Shown here: piece after piece, positions 54,806-63,896 of the stretch
Position numbering within the stretch: position 1 is the stretch's first letter
Layout: each line of letters starts with the position of its first letter
DNA from: Lentisphaeria bacterium
GTDB taxonomy: Bacteria; Verrucomicrobiota; Lentisphaeria; JABSQK01; JAWLHB01
NCBI GenBank assembly: GCA_041690595.1
Contig: JAWLHB010000045.1
Span: 1 to 64,000, forward strand
Direction of reading: 5' to 3'
DNA: 64,000 nucleotides
Program-made: the position numbers and the translations under genes
The notes under the pieces: model-generated
Database searches by the model: none
What the model was told of the DNA's origin: nothing
The model's input: the letters and a program-made list of their open reading frames with translations, nothing else

Positions 54806-56947
54806 TTATCCGAGGTTAACGGTCGTGTGAACTGCGCTGGAGGCCAGGACGTCGGGTTGGCCCCCCCCGACGCTGATCTGGAAGTCTCCAGGTTCAATGA
54901 ATGGTTTGCCCGCATCGTCGTAACAGGCGAACTGTATCGGCTTCAGTTCGAACGTCACCGTTCGTGTTTCACCCGCCTTCACATGAATGCGCCGGAAACC
55001 TTCCAGATGATGCCGGGGGACGGGGACTGACGCCTCGATATCCTTGATGTAAAGCTGGACGACTTCGTCGCCGTCGCGGTCACCCGTATTGGTGACGTCT
55101 ATCGAGACTTCACATCGGCCGTCGGCGGCTTCCTCAACCGGGCCTGACACCCGAGCCTCGAAACCGGATACCTGCAGGTTGCTGTACTCGAACGTCGTAT
55201 AGCTCAGCCCGAATCCGAAGCGATACTGGGGCTCCTCTTCCATGAATCGATAGGTGCGGCCCTTCATGTTGTAATCGTCGAATGGCGGCAACTGATCCAT
55301 GGATTTGACGAAGGTGCATGGCAGGCGGCCAGCGGGATTGTAGTCGCCGAAAATCACCTCGGCGATGGCGTTGCCGCCCTGCTCGCCGGGGTACCAGCCG
55401 AGCACGATGGCATCGGCATACGGCTCAACCTCGGATAGATCGACCGGGCTGCCGGTCAGCAGGACGAGGATAAGCGGCCTCTGCTTGGCACGGAGATATT
55501 TGAGCAAGTCAAGCTGTTTGCCCGGGAGGCCGATCTGAGTGCGGTCACCACCACCATCGGAGGCTGCGACGCCCTCTTCGCCTTCCAACTCGGTCGTATT
55601 TCCCAGCACCGCCACGATCGCTTCGCTGCTGCTCGTGATCTGCTCGTCGAGTTCGGCTATGTGCAAGGGATCATCCCGCCACAGATCGCAGCCCTTGTTG
55701 TAGTTGACCTGCGTACCGACGGAGAGGCGGGAGAGAATGCCCTCGAACGGCGTCACCGGGCGCGGAGAAAAGCCGTTGTAGTTGGCATACAGCGCCACAT
55801 CGTTCTGCGCATTCGGTCCAGCCACGCTGATTTCCCGCACAGCCTTCGACAGCGGCAGCACACCGTCATTCTTAAGCAACACGATCGACTCGCGGGCCAT
55901 CCGCAAGGCCAGGTCAAGGTGCTCATGACAGCGGACCTTGCTGACGGGAATCGAGGCGTATGGCACCTTCTCTTCCGGGTCGAACATGCCCAGGCGCAGG
56001 CGCGCCTCGAAAAGGCGCTTCACGGAGACGTCGAGTTCATCCTCGGTGATCAAGCCCTGCTCGACCGCCTCGATCAGCGCGCCGTAGGTCGACCCGCAGT
56101 TCAGATCACAACCGCTTTTCACCGCCATGGCAGCCGACTCCGCGGGTGTGTCGGTGAGCTTGTGGCAGAGATGGATGTCCCTGATGGCGTTGCAGTCGGA
56201 TACGAAATGGCCTTTGAAGCCCCAGTCGTCACGCAGGATCTTCTGGATCAGCGTTTTGGAGCCGCAGCAGGGTTCGCCAAGCACCCGGTTGTAGGCGCCC
56301 ATTACGGACCAGGCGCCGGCTTCCTGCACACACGCCCTGAAGTGCGGCAGGTAGGTTTCGTGGAGATCTCGCTGCGTCACCACGGCGTTGAACGCGTGGC
56401 GGACGGGTTCCGGGCCGCTGTGCACGGCGTAGTGCTTGGGCGTTGCCACCACTTTGAGATACGTCGGATCGTCCCCCTGCAGTCCCTTGCAGAATGCCAC
56501 CCCCAGGCGAGCGGTCAGGTACGGGTCCTCCCCGTAGGTCTCCTGGCCCCGCCCCCAGCGCGGATCGCGGAAGAGGTTGATGTTCGGCGACCAGTAGGTC
56601 AAACCGAAATAGATGCCCCGGTTGCCCTGCCTGACCGCCTGGTGATGCTTGGCCCTGGCTTCGTCAGAAATCGCGTTGGCGACGTCGTGCATCAGCGGTT
56701 CGTCAAAGGCCGCCGCCATACCGATAGCTTGCGGGAACACGGTGGCCTGTCCGGCCCTGGCGACGCCGTGAAGGCATTCGTTCCACCAGGTGTATGCCGG
56801 CACGCCTAGCCGAGAAATCGCGGGTGCCGCATGCATCATCTGCGCGACTTTTTCGCGCAGGCTCATCGCCTGGACCAACGCATTCACGCGCCGCTCGACG
56901 GTGAAGTCAGGATTGTACCACGGATGCTCCGTTTTCATCTCAGGCAT
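54806..56947 (-). CDS. GH3 beta-glucosidase/beta-xylosidase
   Basis: WNECLHG, RDPRWGRGQETYGEDP, KHYAVH, VSDC nucleophile, SIVLLKN, WYPGEQGG, Fn3-like C-terminus. Confidence 0.95.
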   Translation of the reverse strand: MPEMKTEHPWYNPDFTVERRVNALVQAMSLREKVAQMMHAAPAISRLGVPAYTWWNECLHGVARAGQATVFPQAIGMAAAFDEPLMHDVANAISDEARAKHHQAVRQGNRGIYFGLTYWSPNINLFRDPRWGRGQETYGEDPYLTARLGVAFCKGLQGDDPTYLKVVATPKHYAVHSGPEPVRHAFNAVVTQRDLHETYLPHFRACVQEAGAWSVMGAYNRVLGEPCCGSKTLIQKILRDDWGFKGHFVSDCNAIRDIHLCHKLTDTPAESAAMAVKSGCDLNCGSTYGALIEAVEQGLITEDELDVSVKRLFEARLRLGMFDPEEKVPYASIPVSKVRCHEHLDLALRMARESIVLLKNDGVLPLSKAVREISVAGPNAQNDVALYANYNGFSPRPVTPFEGILSRLSVGTQVNYNKGCDLWRDDPLHIAELDEQITSSSEAIVAVLGNTTELEGEEGVAASDGGGDRTQIGLPGKQLDLLKYLRAKQRPLILVLLTGSPVDLSEVEPYADAIVLGWYPGEQGGNAIAEVIFGDYNPAGRLPCTFVKSMDQLPPFDDYNMKGRTYRFMEEEPQYRFGFGLSYTTFEYSNLQVSGFEARVSGPVEEAADGRCEVSIDVTNTGDRDGDEVVQLYIKDIEASVPVPRHHLEGFRRIHVKAGETRTVTFELKPIQFACYDDAGKPFIEPGDFQISVGGGQPDVLASSAVHTTVNLG

Positions 56948-56963
56948 TTCATCTTCCTTATCA

Positions 56964-59900
56964 TCATTTCTCGTTTACCTTGAAATCAACCGAGCTTCTG
57001 GGCGCGACCGTGACCGTGTGTGCCCCATCTTCGAGGATCGCGAACGCCGGCGCCGGTGCGAGGATCGCGGTGATCTCCCGGTCGGTCGGATTGTGAGCTT
57101 CCACCATCCATACGCCCGTGGGTTCGCCGCGATCGTCGGTCTCTCGGACGGTTGTGATGTGCAGTTCCGAATAGTCGGTCGTCAGAAGATTGCCGACGAC
57201 CAGTTCCGTACCTTTCAGCGTCGCGGGTACCTGGCAGAACGCCTTCTTATCATACACGCCGACGGGTCGGATCAGCCCCTGGTCTTTGCGGTACAGGAAG
57301 GCGGAAGCGTTGGGATTCACCCCATCGACGATGATCGGCTGCATGTTGGTGTCGAAGGCAGCTTCTTTCAGCAGAATGGCCGCCGCACCATTCTCAGCCT
57401 TCACGTGCAGTTCGCACAGAGGCAGACCGTCCAGTTGCCCGGTCTTCAATGCGAACCACTCGGGTTTCAATACCTGTTCCACGTCGACGGCCCGGTCGAT
57501 GCGCTGGAATCGCCAGGTGAAGGTCTCGCCCGCGCGATTGCGGTCGCCAACATGCACCCCGGACTCGACCACCGCGTGATCGTCCTCCCACGCGACGCGA
57601 AAGGCCAGATCGTCGCCCTGCCACTGGATACTCTCGCCACGTTCGGTCGATTGCATGGTCAATACGCTTCCGGACGGGATCGGTATCATGGTCGATTCAG
57701 TATCTTTATTCACCGTGCCACGAATCACGCCGCCACCTGGCTCGATCAAGGCATACTCGACCGCTTCGGGCGCCTGGGATTCGATCACGGTCTTGGCGAA
57801 GAAGCCGTTTGCATCGAGTTCCAGCGGTTTCTTGAGCGTCAGTTCGTGCTCGAAAACGTGGAGCTCGGCAGGCTGCGGCCCTTCCTTCATGTCGGCGGTC
57901 GCCTCGCCAAAGCCGTCCCAGTAGACCTTCTGCGTGTGGTGGCTCTTGTGGGACACGCCCTGACCGTGACGGTTGTAGTATTCGTAGCCGCGCTGCTCGA
58001 GGGTGTAGTCGTCGCGCTCGTGGTGCGGCGCCCAGTTGTGCCAGCCGTGCTGGTCGGTCAGTTCATCCCAATGGTATACCCAATCGGTCCTGTACCGTTC
58101 TATGAGCACATCCGGACTGACCAGATCCACGAAGAAGCGGCGGACTTCGTCGCGCGGGGTGCGATTCGCCCGCAACGCCTTGTCGTCAATCCTGCCGCGT
58201 TTCAACCGGATATGCCGATAGGTCGGGCCGCCGTGAATAGGGCTGTAGATGCTCAGCGGTACATTGACGCGATCGCCACAGTAGTTGTAAAGCCTCTGCT
58301 GCTGCTCCATCCAGATCTCATTGCTTACCGCTCGATGGCCGTTCTTGTCGGTGACGACGGCGGCAAGGTGACGGTTTTGGTCTTGCAACAGGTCGAAGTC
58401 GACCGTGAAATCGGTCGCGCCCTTCGGATCGAAACGGCGGATGAGGGTTTCCCCGTCATAGATGGTGATGTCTGCAAGTCCCGCCTCGCTTTCGGCGTCC
58501 AGTCGCACCTTCAACCGGTACCAACTGTCCATGAACCAGTCCCTGGTCTCGATGCCTTGATGGCGCTCGATCCAGTAGCGTGGGAATTCAATCCCCATCC
58601 AGCGATAGCCACCGCGGAACAGCAATCGCAGCTTCGGCCCCTGGGTGGCCACCGGTCCGACCCATGAGCGATAAACCTGGCGATCGGGAACCTCAGGATC
58701 ACTGACGACAAAACGCTTGAATACACGTTCGAGCGTGGCTTGTTCGGGCATCCGCGGATCGTTGTCCGCGGAGGTTACCAGGAACGGGCGTCCGTTCTTC
58801 GCGGCGCCATCCAGTTCTTCCGGGCTGAACATCAGATCAAGCGCGTAGGGCCTGGGATTCACGTGGAGCGAGTTGGCGTGCAGGAGCTTGTCGAGGGCAT
58901 CGTCAAGCGGTTTACCCCTCTCGTAGCTCCAGACGGTAAACATGTTGTAAAGCTTGTAGTCCCAGAAGGGCGCCTGGTTGGATTCATGGTCGAAGTAGCC
59001 GGTGCACTTCTGTTCGAGCCAGAGCTGAATCTGACCGCTCTTATGGTCGGTAGCGCCGTGGCCTTTCTGCGGCGACCAGCCGCGGTCCACGTTGATTTGT
59101 TTGCCGTCGTCGGTGAGATAGGCACCTGAGATCCAAGGCCGTTTGTTGCCCCAGGGCAAAAAGCCGCGGTTGCCGCTGGCGTTCTGATATTCGAGCCCGG
59201 CGCAGGCGATGAAATTTTCGTCCGACGCTGCCAGGCAATCGGCTTGCAGGCTCTCCCACTTTTCCTGGTTCATGTGGACCAGATCCTCGGCGAAGATCAG
59301 GAAATCGAAGCCGTTTCGCTTGGCGGCTTCCACCCATTCGGCGACGGTGCCGGTGCCGGTCGAGTAGGTGGTGTGGGCGCCGCAGACGCCGCGGTAGTAG
59401 CCGGTGGGCTTGCCCGGGAAGTCCATCTGATCCCAGGCGACGGTGGGGGTGTCGCGCGCGATTGGCGGCCGCTTGGCGATGTCGGGGCCGTAAAGACCCG
59501 CGTCGAGGGACGGTTGCGCCAGCCATGCGTAGGTGTTTTCCAGCAGCTTCCAGAAATCGCTGGGTACGCCCTTTTCCCCCTTTTTCATGACCACTTCGCC
59601 CAGCGGAGGATAGTAGGGGGTCCAGACGATCCACTGGGGCGCGACGCCGAGCACGGCCATCCGACCGGCATCGACCTGGCGAACCGACAGCAGTGAGTAC
59701 GGGCCGTCCGGCCGCTTGTCGCGCCAAAGCCGCTGCGGCACCTGCTTGGCTATCTGCAACTCCGCGGTCGGGGCGGTCTCGACCAGCGATTGCCACTGGT
59801 GGCTGGTGTTCACCGGCGTTGCCGCCGCTTGAGCATGCCCGCCCCAGCCGACTGGATACCAGATAGCCTCGACGCCGCGGGTCACCGGGTGATCAGCCGC

Positions 59901-60440
59901 GATCTTACGGGCCAGTGCCACTTTTGAGCCATAGCGCTGCAGTGCCGGCGGGCTCATGGGCGTTTCAGTGCCGGCATCCCGGATGGCTTCGGCGTAGAAG
60001 TCGATGCCGAATGTCTTCAGGAAATCGGGGATGTCACCCAGGCCTTCCTCGTGGTAACCGCCCGAGGTGTTCAGGATGAAGAGCACGCCGCCACCGGCGC
60101 GCATGTACTCTTCGATGTAGCGCTGGCGCTCCTGATTGAGGCGCTGATCGGCATGGATGAAGCCGTAGCTGGAGATGACCACAGCATGGTAGCGACGCAG
60201 GACGTGGGGCGTGATCTCGCTCCACTGGCCGGCGAAGACGTCGAAACCGTGCGCTTCCAGTTCGTCGAGATAGGTGGTCTCCATGTAGACGCCCGGTTTG
60301 CCGATGAAGAGCAGCGCGGGTCTGCCCTCCGGTTCGGCCGCGGCTGTTTGGCTGCAAGTAGTGATCAGCAGGGCGGCGAGCATGATTAACAGGCCGCGTG
60401 CGGCACGATTCAAGGGCGGCAGATAGCAGTTTCTGAGCAT
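56964..60440 (-). CDS. Large exported protein with GATase-like and degenerate PHP-like domains (paralog of 45356..48991)
   Basis: RBS AAGGAG; signal peptide; YMRAGGGVLF; GVCGAHTTYSTGTGTVAEWVEAAKRNGFDFLIFAED. Confidence 0.75.
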   Translation of the reverse strand: MLRNCYLPPLNRAARGLLIMLAALLITTCSQTAAAEPEGRPALLFIGKPGVYMETTYLDELEAHGFDVFAGQWSEITPHVLRRYHAVVISSYGFIHADQRLNQERQRYIEEYMRAGGGVLFILNTSGGYHEEGLGDIPDFLKTFGIDFYAEAIRDAGTETPMSPPALQRYGSKVALARKIAADHPVTRGVEAIWYPVGWGGHAQAAATPVNTSHQWQSLVETAPTAELQIAKQVPQRLWRDKRPDGPYSLLSVRQVDAGRMAVLGVAPQWIVWTPYYPPLGEVVMKKGEKGVPSDFWKLLENTYAWLAQPSLDAGLYGPDIAKRPPIARDTPTVAWDQMDFPGKPTGYYRGVCGAHTTYSTGTGTVAEWVEAAKRNGFDFLIFAEDLVHMNQEKWESLQADCLAASDENFIACAGLEYQNASGNRGFLPWGNKRPWISGAYLTDDGKQINVDRGWSPQKGHGATDHKSGQIQLWLEQKCTGYFDHESNQAPFWDYKLYNMFTVWSYERGKPLDDALDKLLHANSLHVNPRPYALDLMFSPEELDGAAKNGRPFLVTSADNDPRMPEQATLERVFKRFVVSDPEVPDRQVYRSWVGPVATQGPKLRLLFRGGYRWMGIEFPRYWIERHQGIETRDWFMDSWYRLKVRLDAESEAGLADITIYDGETLIRRFDPKGATDFTVDFDLLQDQNRHLAAVVTDKNGHRAVSNEIWMEQQQRLYNYCGDRVNVPLSIYSPIHGGPTYRHIRLKRGRIDDKALRANRTPRDEVRRFFVDLVSPDVLIERYRTDWVYHWDELTDQHGWHNWAPHHERDDYTLEQRGYEYYNRHGQGVSHKSHHTQKVYWDGFGEATADMKEGPQPAELHVFEHELTLKKPLELDANGFFAKTVIESQAPEAVEYALIEPGGGVIRGTVNKDTESTMIPIPSGSVLTMQSTERGESIQWQGDDLAFRVAWEDDHAVVESGVHVGDRNRAGETFTWRFQRIDRAVDVEQVLKPEWFALKTGQLDGLPLCELHVKAENGAAAILLKEAAFDTNMQPIIVDGVNPNASAFLYRKDQGLIRPVGVYDKKAFCQVPATLKGTELVVGNLLTTDYSELHITTVRETDDRGEPTGVWMVEAHNPTDREITAILAPAPAFAILEDGAHTVTVAPRSSVDFKVNEK

Positions 60441-60538
60441 GATATGGGACTCCTTTGGATGATGACTTTGGATCAGCGCACGACGCGATGTTCGCCGGGC
60501 TGCAGCGCCCATCGGGCCCACATAGCTGCGGTTCCCGG

Positions 60539-60652
60539 TCAAGTGCTCGGCAAACTGTCGCACGAGGTTCGACACCGCTCGATCAAAGTGAACGGCTGGC
60601 GCCTGGTGCAGGATGTGGGGTGCTGGTTTTCTCTCGTCTCTCTGTGACTCAT
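60539..60652 (-). pseudogene. Truncated prepilin-type gene (37 codons)
   Basis: RBS AGAAAGGAG, then MSHRETRENQHPTSCTRRQPFTLIE|RCRTSCDSLPST*; the hydrophobic helix after FTLIE is missing. Below the ORF-track cutoff. Confidence 0.8.
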
Positions 60653-60689
60653 GTTCAGGGTCTCCTTTCTTGGCTAACTGAAGGGGCGA

Positions 60690-61748
60690 TCATTCTACGC
60701 TCCCCTCGGTCACGCGGAGGGAACCGTGCGAGAGCATGATTGGGTGCACCAGCTCGCGCACCGGTGGCTGGTCGGTGGTGACAACGCGCATGGCTCGCTC
60801 TGTGGTGGCCAACCGCTGAAAACTCATCGTATCGACATGCATTCGCGGCTCGCCGGGGGCCTCTATCGCGATCAGGCCGATGTCTTCCGGCACGCACAAC
60901 TCGCGCTGCGCGAACGTCTGCTGCAGCACCTTTGCGCTCCTGGCGTTGTTGAGAACCAGCGCACTGTTGGCTGGCACTCTGGCGAGGATGCCCTGGAGGT
61001 CGCCCGAGTGCCCGGGCGGGAGCAGTACATAATCGTCTACAAGGGGCACGCCATCCTCGCGCCTGGCTTGCCGGAGACCGGCATGGTGCAGCCCGCAGGC
61101 AGGCGCAGAAGTGTCGGCATAGCCGAAGTAAAAGATGTGCCGATAGCCGGCGCGCGCGACCGCCACCGCGGCCAGGCGGGCGGCGCGCTGATAGTCGGGC
61201 ATCAGGTATTCCTGGTCGGGAAGTTCCGGCCGATAGTGCTCGATATGGATGACCCTCACCCCGGCCGCCGCCACCTCGTCCAGCAACGCGTCGTTGCGCG
61301 GCTCCACGGGGGAGCAGAAGGCCAGCAGCGCCTGGTGACGCTGATCGCGTACCTGCTGCAGAAAGAGACGCTCGGCATCCGGGTTCCAGGCTGTCTGCAG
61401 CTGAGAGTAGACGCTGAGCAAATGGCCGTTGGCCAGTGCCGCATGCTGCAGGGGCACCAGATCCTCCTCCCCGAACATGTACATGTAGGATATCATCCTG
61501 GGGCTTGAGTGGACCCCGGGTGCCGCCTTGACGAAGACGCCGGCACCACGTCGCGCCCACACGCGCCGTTCATCCTTCAACCGCGAAATGACCTTGTTGA
61601 CGGTCGTCACGCTGGCGCTGTAGCTTGCGGCCAATTCGAGTTGTTTCGGCAGGCGTTCGCCTTCCTCAAGCACCCCCTCATCGATCTGACGACGGAGATC
61701 GAGGTAGATGTCGTGGCAGCGGTAACCTGTATGCGTCTTAGGGGGCAT
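60690..61748 (-). CDS. GntR wHTH plus LacI-type sensor domain regulator
   Basis: GERLPKQLELAASYSASVTTVNKV..RRGAGVFV; AGYRHIFY; VPEDIGLI. Confidence 0.9.
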   Translation of the reverse strand: MPPKTHTGYRCHDIYLDLRRQIDEGVLEEGERLPKQLELAASYSASVTTVNKVISRLKDERRVWARRGAGVFVKAAPGVHSSPRMISYMYMFGEEDLVPLQHAALANGHLLSVYSQLQTAWNPDAERLFLQQVRDQRHQALLAFCSPVEPRNDALLDEVAAAGVRVIHIEHYRPELPDQEYLMPDYQRAARLAAVAVARAGYRHIFYFGYADTSAPACGLHHAGLRQARREDGVPLVDDYVLLPPGHSGDLQGILARVPANSALVLNNARSAKVLQQTFAQRELCVPEDIGLIAIEAPGEPRMHVDTMSFQRLATTERAMRVVTTDQPPVRELVHPIMLSHGSLRVTEGSVE

Positions 61749-61896
61749 GCTCAATCCTCAACTTTCGGACCTGCTCACTCTGATACTTACGTTTACGTTT
61801 AGCAGGTGCCTTGTCAAACAGGCAACTAAAATAAGTATGGAATAATTAGATTGCGCGGCCGCGACGGCGCCTCTCCGATGTTCCGGGCTTGGTGCA

Positions 61897-61955
61897 CCCG
61901 CACCAGCTGCCTGGGTCAGTATTGCCCAACCGGCTCGGTGATTTTTGTGGTGTAT
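61897..61955 (-). pseudogene. Decayed 5' remnant of a paralog of 51519..54797
   Basis: 50/59 nt identical to 54728..54786; YTTKITEPVGQY*PRQLVR versus YTLKITEPVGQYWPRQLVR. Confidence 0.8.
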
Positions 61956-62017
61956 CGCTCAGCAGGCAGGTGTGCTTGTTGCCTTTGCTCCAGCCTTACA
62001 GCTCGCCATGCCGATGC

Positions 62018-62458
62018 TTATTCGCTCCTTGCGCCCTTTTCCAGCAGTCTCAAGGTGTTGACGTCCGGCTGTCCTTGGTAGTACTTTTCGAGAGCCTCAG
62101 CAAAGAGGCTCTCCGCGGACTCGCAAAGCGAGAACAACGTAACGGAGGAGTGGAACTTCCACGTGTCGGGCTCTCCAAAGATGTCGTACGCGGTAGCACC
62201 CTGAACTTGCAGCACGAGGGACGTGCATGCGTTCAGGCGTGCTCCCAGCAGGGGATGGAGCAGGTAACGCTGTGCTTGGTCAAGGGAATCGATGGCGTAT
62301 CTTTCGGACATCCAGCTGTAGCCGAGTCCGCGCAGCTGAGGAAAGATGAACCACATCCAGTGCGAGGTTTTCGCTCCAGCGGCCAGTTCGCGGAGCACCT
62401 GGCCATAAACGGGTGCCTGCGCATCAACGAAGTGGGAAAATTCATCAGGCTGTGTCAT
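62018..62458 (-). CDS. DUF1810 family protein
   Basis: FVDAQAPVY..ELAAGAKTSHWMWFIFPQLRGLG..YLLHPLLGARL..IFG.PD..KFHSSVTLF. Confidence 0.9.
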   Translation of the reverse strand: MTQPDEFSHFVDAQAPVYGQVLRELAAGAKTSHWMWFIFPQLRGLGYSWMSERYAIDSLDQAQRYLLHPLLGARLNACTSLVLQVQGATAYDIFGEPDTWKFHSSVTLFSLCESAESLFAEALEKYYQGQPDVNTLRLLEKGARSE

Positions 62459-62710
62459 CTGTCTTCGACTCTGCAAAGGGTTAGACGTTCGGTCTGCCTA
62501 AGGTAGGTGCGTGCGGAGAGGATTGCCAGAGTCGCAGCAGCGCTGGCAGGCCGTCAGAGGCAACGGGCGGAACTGAACCGATGATGCGGGGGGCGCGGGA
62601 ACGCAAGCCAGTCAGGCGTGTGGCTTTTCAGGATTGGGGAAGCGGACGATTGGAAGGTGCTTTTTTCGAGTTTGACTTGACTACTACCGGACAGAAGTTA
62701 GATTCGCGGG

Positions 62711-62726
62711 ATTGAAACGGTTCAAT
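62711..62726. promoter_or_regulatory. LacI-family operator
   Basis: Near-palindrome ATTGAAACGGTTCAAT with a central CG, just downstream of TTGACT-N16-TAGATT (62677-62704). Confidence 0.75.
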
Positions 62727-62756
62727 GTAAGGTTCAATTCACTCCGGTCAGCAGAG

Positions 62757-63815
62757 ATGAATGTAACAATACGAGACGTGGCCAGACATGCCGGGCTAAG
62801 CTTGGGAACAGCCAGCGGCGTACTCAACGGAAGTGACAAGTTCTCTGAGGCAACCAGGAAGCGGGTCTGGGAAGCGGCACTGAAGCTGGACTACACGCCG
62901 AACCGACAGGCTCAGACGTTGCGGGCAACGGGAAGCGCGCAGGGACGGGCACGAACGGGCGTCATCATGCATGTGTCGCATCTTGGGAGTGAGTCGCCTT
63001 TGGGGGATAGTTTCGAGGCGGAGCGATCGCTGACGATGTCGTGGCTGGCGCAGCAGTTGGGCATGTACCCCATCTCTTACTGGTACCGTCGGCGCAGCGG
63101 CTTTCAGTGTCCGCCCGTGCTGAATGGCTACGTGGATGGAGCCATCGTGGGAACGCCTCACGTGGAGGTCGTGGAGATCCTGCGTAAGAAGGTGCCCGTG
63201 GTGCTTATGGATGTGCCTTTTTCGGCGGATGTGGCGGACGTGCCAATGGTCAATGCGGATTGGCGGCATGGGATCGCGACATTGATGGGTGACCTGGCCG
63301 AACGTGGTCATCGGCGCCTGGGGCTGATCCACTCGACAGCCGAGGGGGATGGTGTGTCCACCGAGGTCCCCAAGGTGCGGATCATGAAAGAGACAGCCAA
63401 GGCGGCCGGGCTGACGATTTCAGATGGCTGTTGCCTTTCAGACGCGATTGTGCCGGAGACGCACGATGGGATGATGGCGGACTTGTCGGAGGCGTTTGCC
63501 GGGTTAATCCGGGAAGGCAGACTGACCGCGATCATGGCGTCTGGCGAGTTCTACGCCGCCAGCCTGCACGAGAATCTGGTGCGGCTGGGGATCAGGGTGC
63601 CTGAAGATGTGAGCATCGCCATGACCTCCTCGGGGCTGGAGGGAGCGACAAGCACGATAGCGAAGGTGACCGTCGATTGGACCGCGATGATACAGACCGC
63701 GCTGGAGGTACTTTCCGCACAGATGAGCGGGAGGTCATTACCCTGCCGGGAATACCTGGTGCCGTCACGCGTACTCGCTGGGACCAGCATTGGCTCTGTG
63801 CCGGAAACCAGCTAG
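62757..63815 (+). CDS. LacI family transcriptional regulator
   Basis: VTIRDVARHAGLSLGTASGVLNG..YTPNRQAQTL; RGHRRLG; RVPEDVSI. Confidence 0.93.
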   Translation: MNVTIRDVARHAGLSLGTASGVLNGSDKFSEATRKRVWEAALKLDYTPNRQAQTLRATGSAQGRARTGVIMHVSHLGSESPLGDSFEAERSLTMSWLAQQLGMYPISYWYRRRSGFQCPPVLNGYVDGAIVGTPHVEVVEILRKKVPVVLMDVPFSADVADVPMVNADWRHGIATLMGDLAERGHRRLGLIHSTAEGDGVSTEVPKVRIMKETAKAAGLTISDGCCLSDAIVPETHDGMMADLSEAFAGLIREGRLTAIMASGEFYAASLHENLVRLGIRVPEDVSIAMTSSGLEGATSTIAKVTVDWTAMIQTALEVLSAQMSGRSLPCREYLVPSRVLAGTSIGSVPETS

Positions 63816-63896
63816 TACCTACCTCTCTCCATGAGAACCAAGAATCGTTAAAGAACCGACGAGCCAAGCTCAACCAGCAACAAGGAGGATTCAGTC

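Noticed and set aside
61985..62510. DUF1810 gene as an integron cassette (GTTAGAC near 62480; GCGAATAAG at the gene end)
   Set aside because: No complete attC palindrome could be built and no integrase is present in the window.
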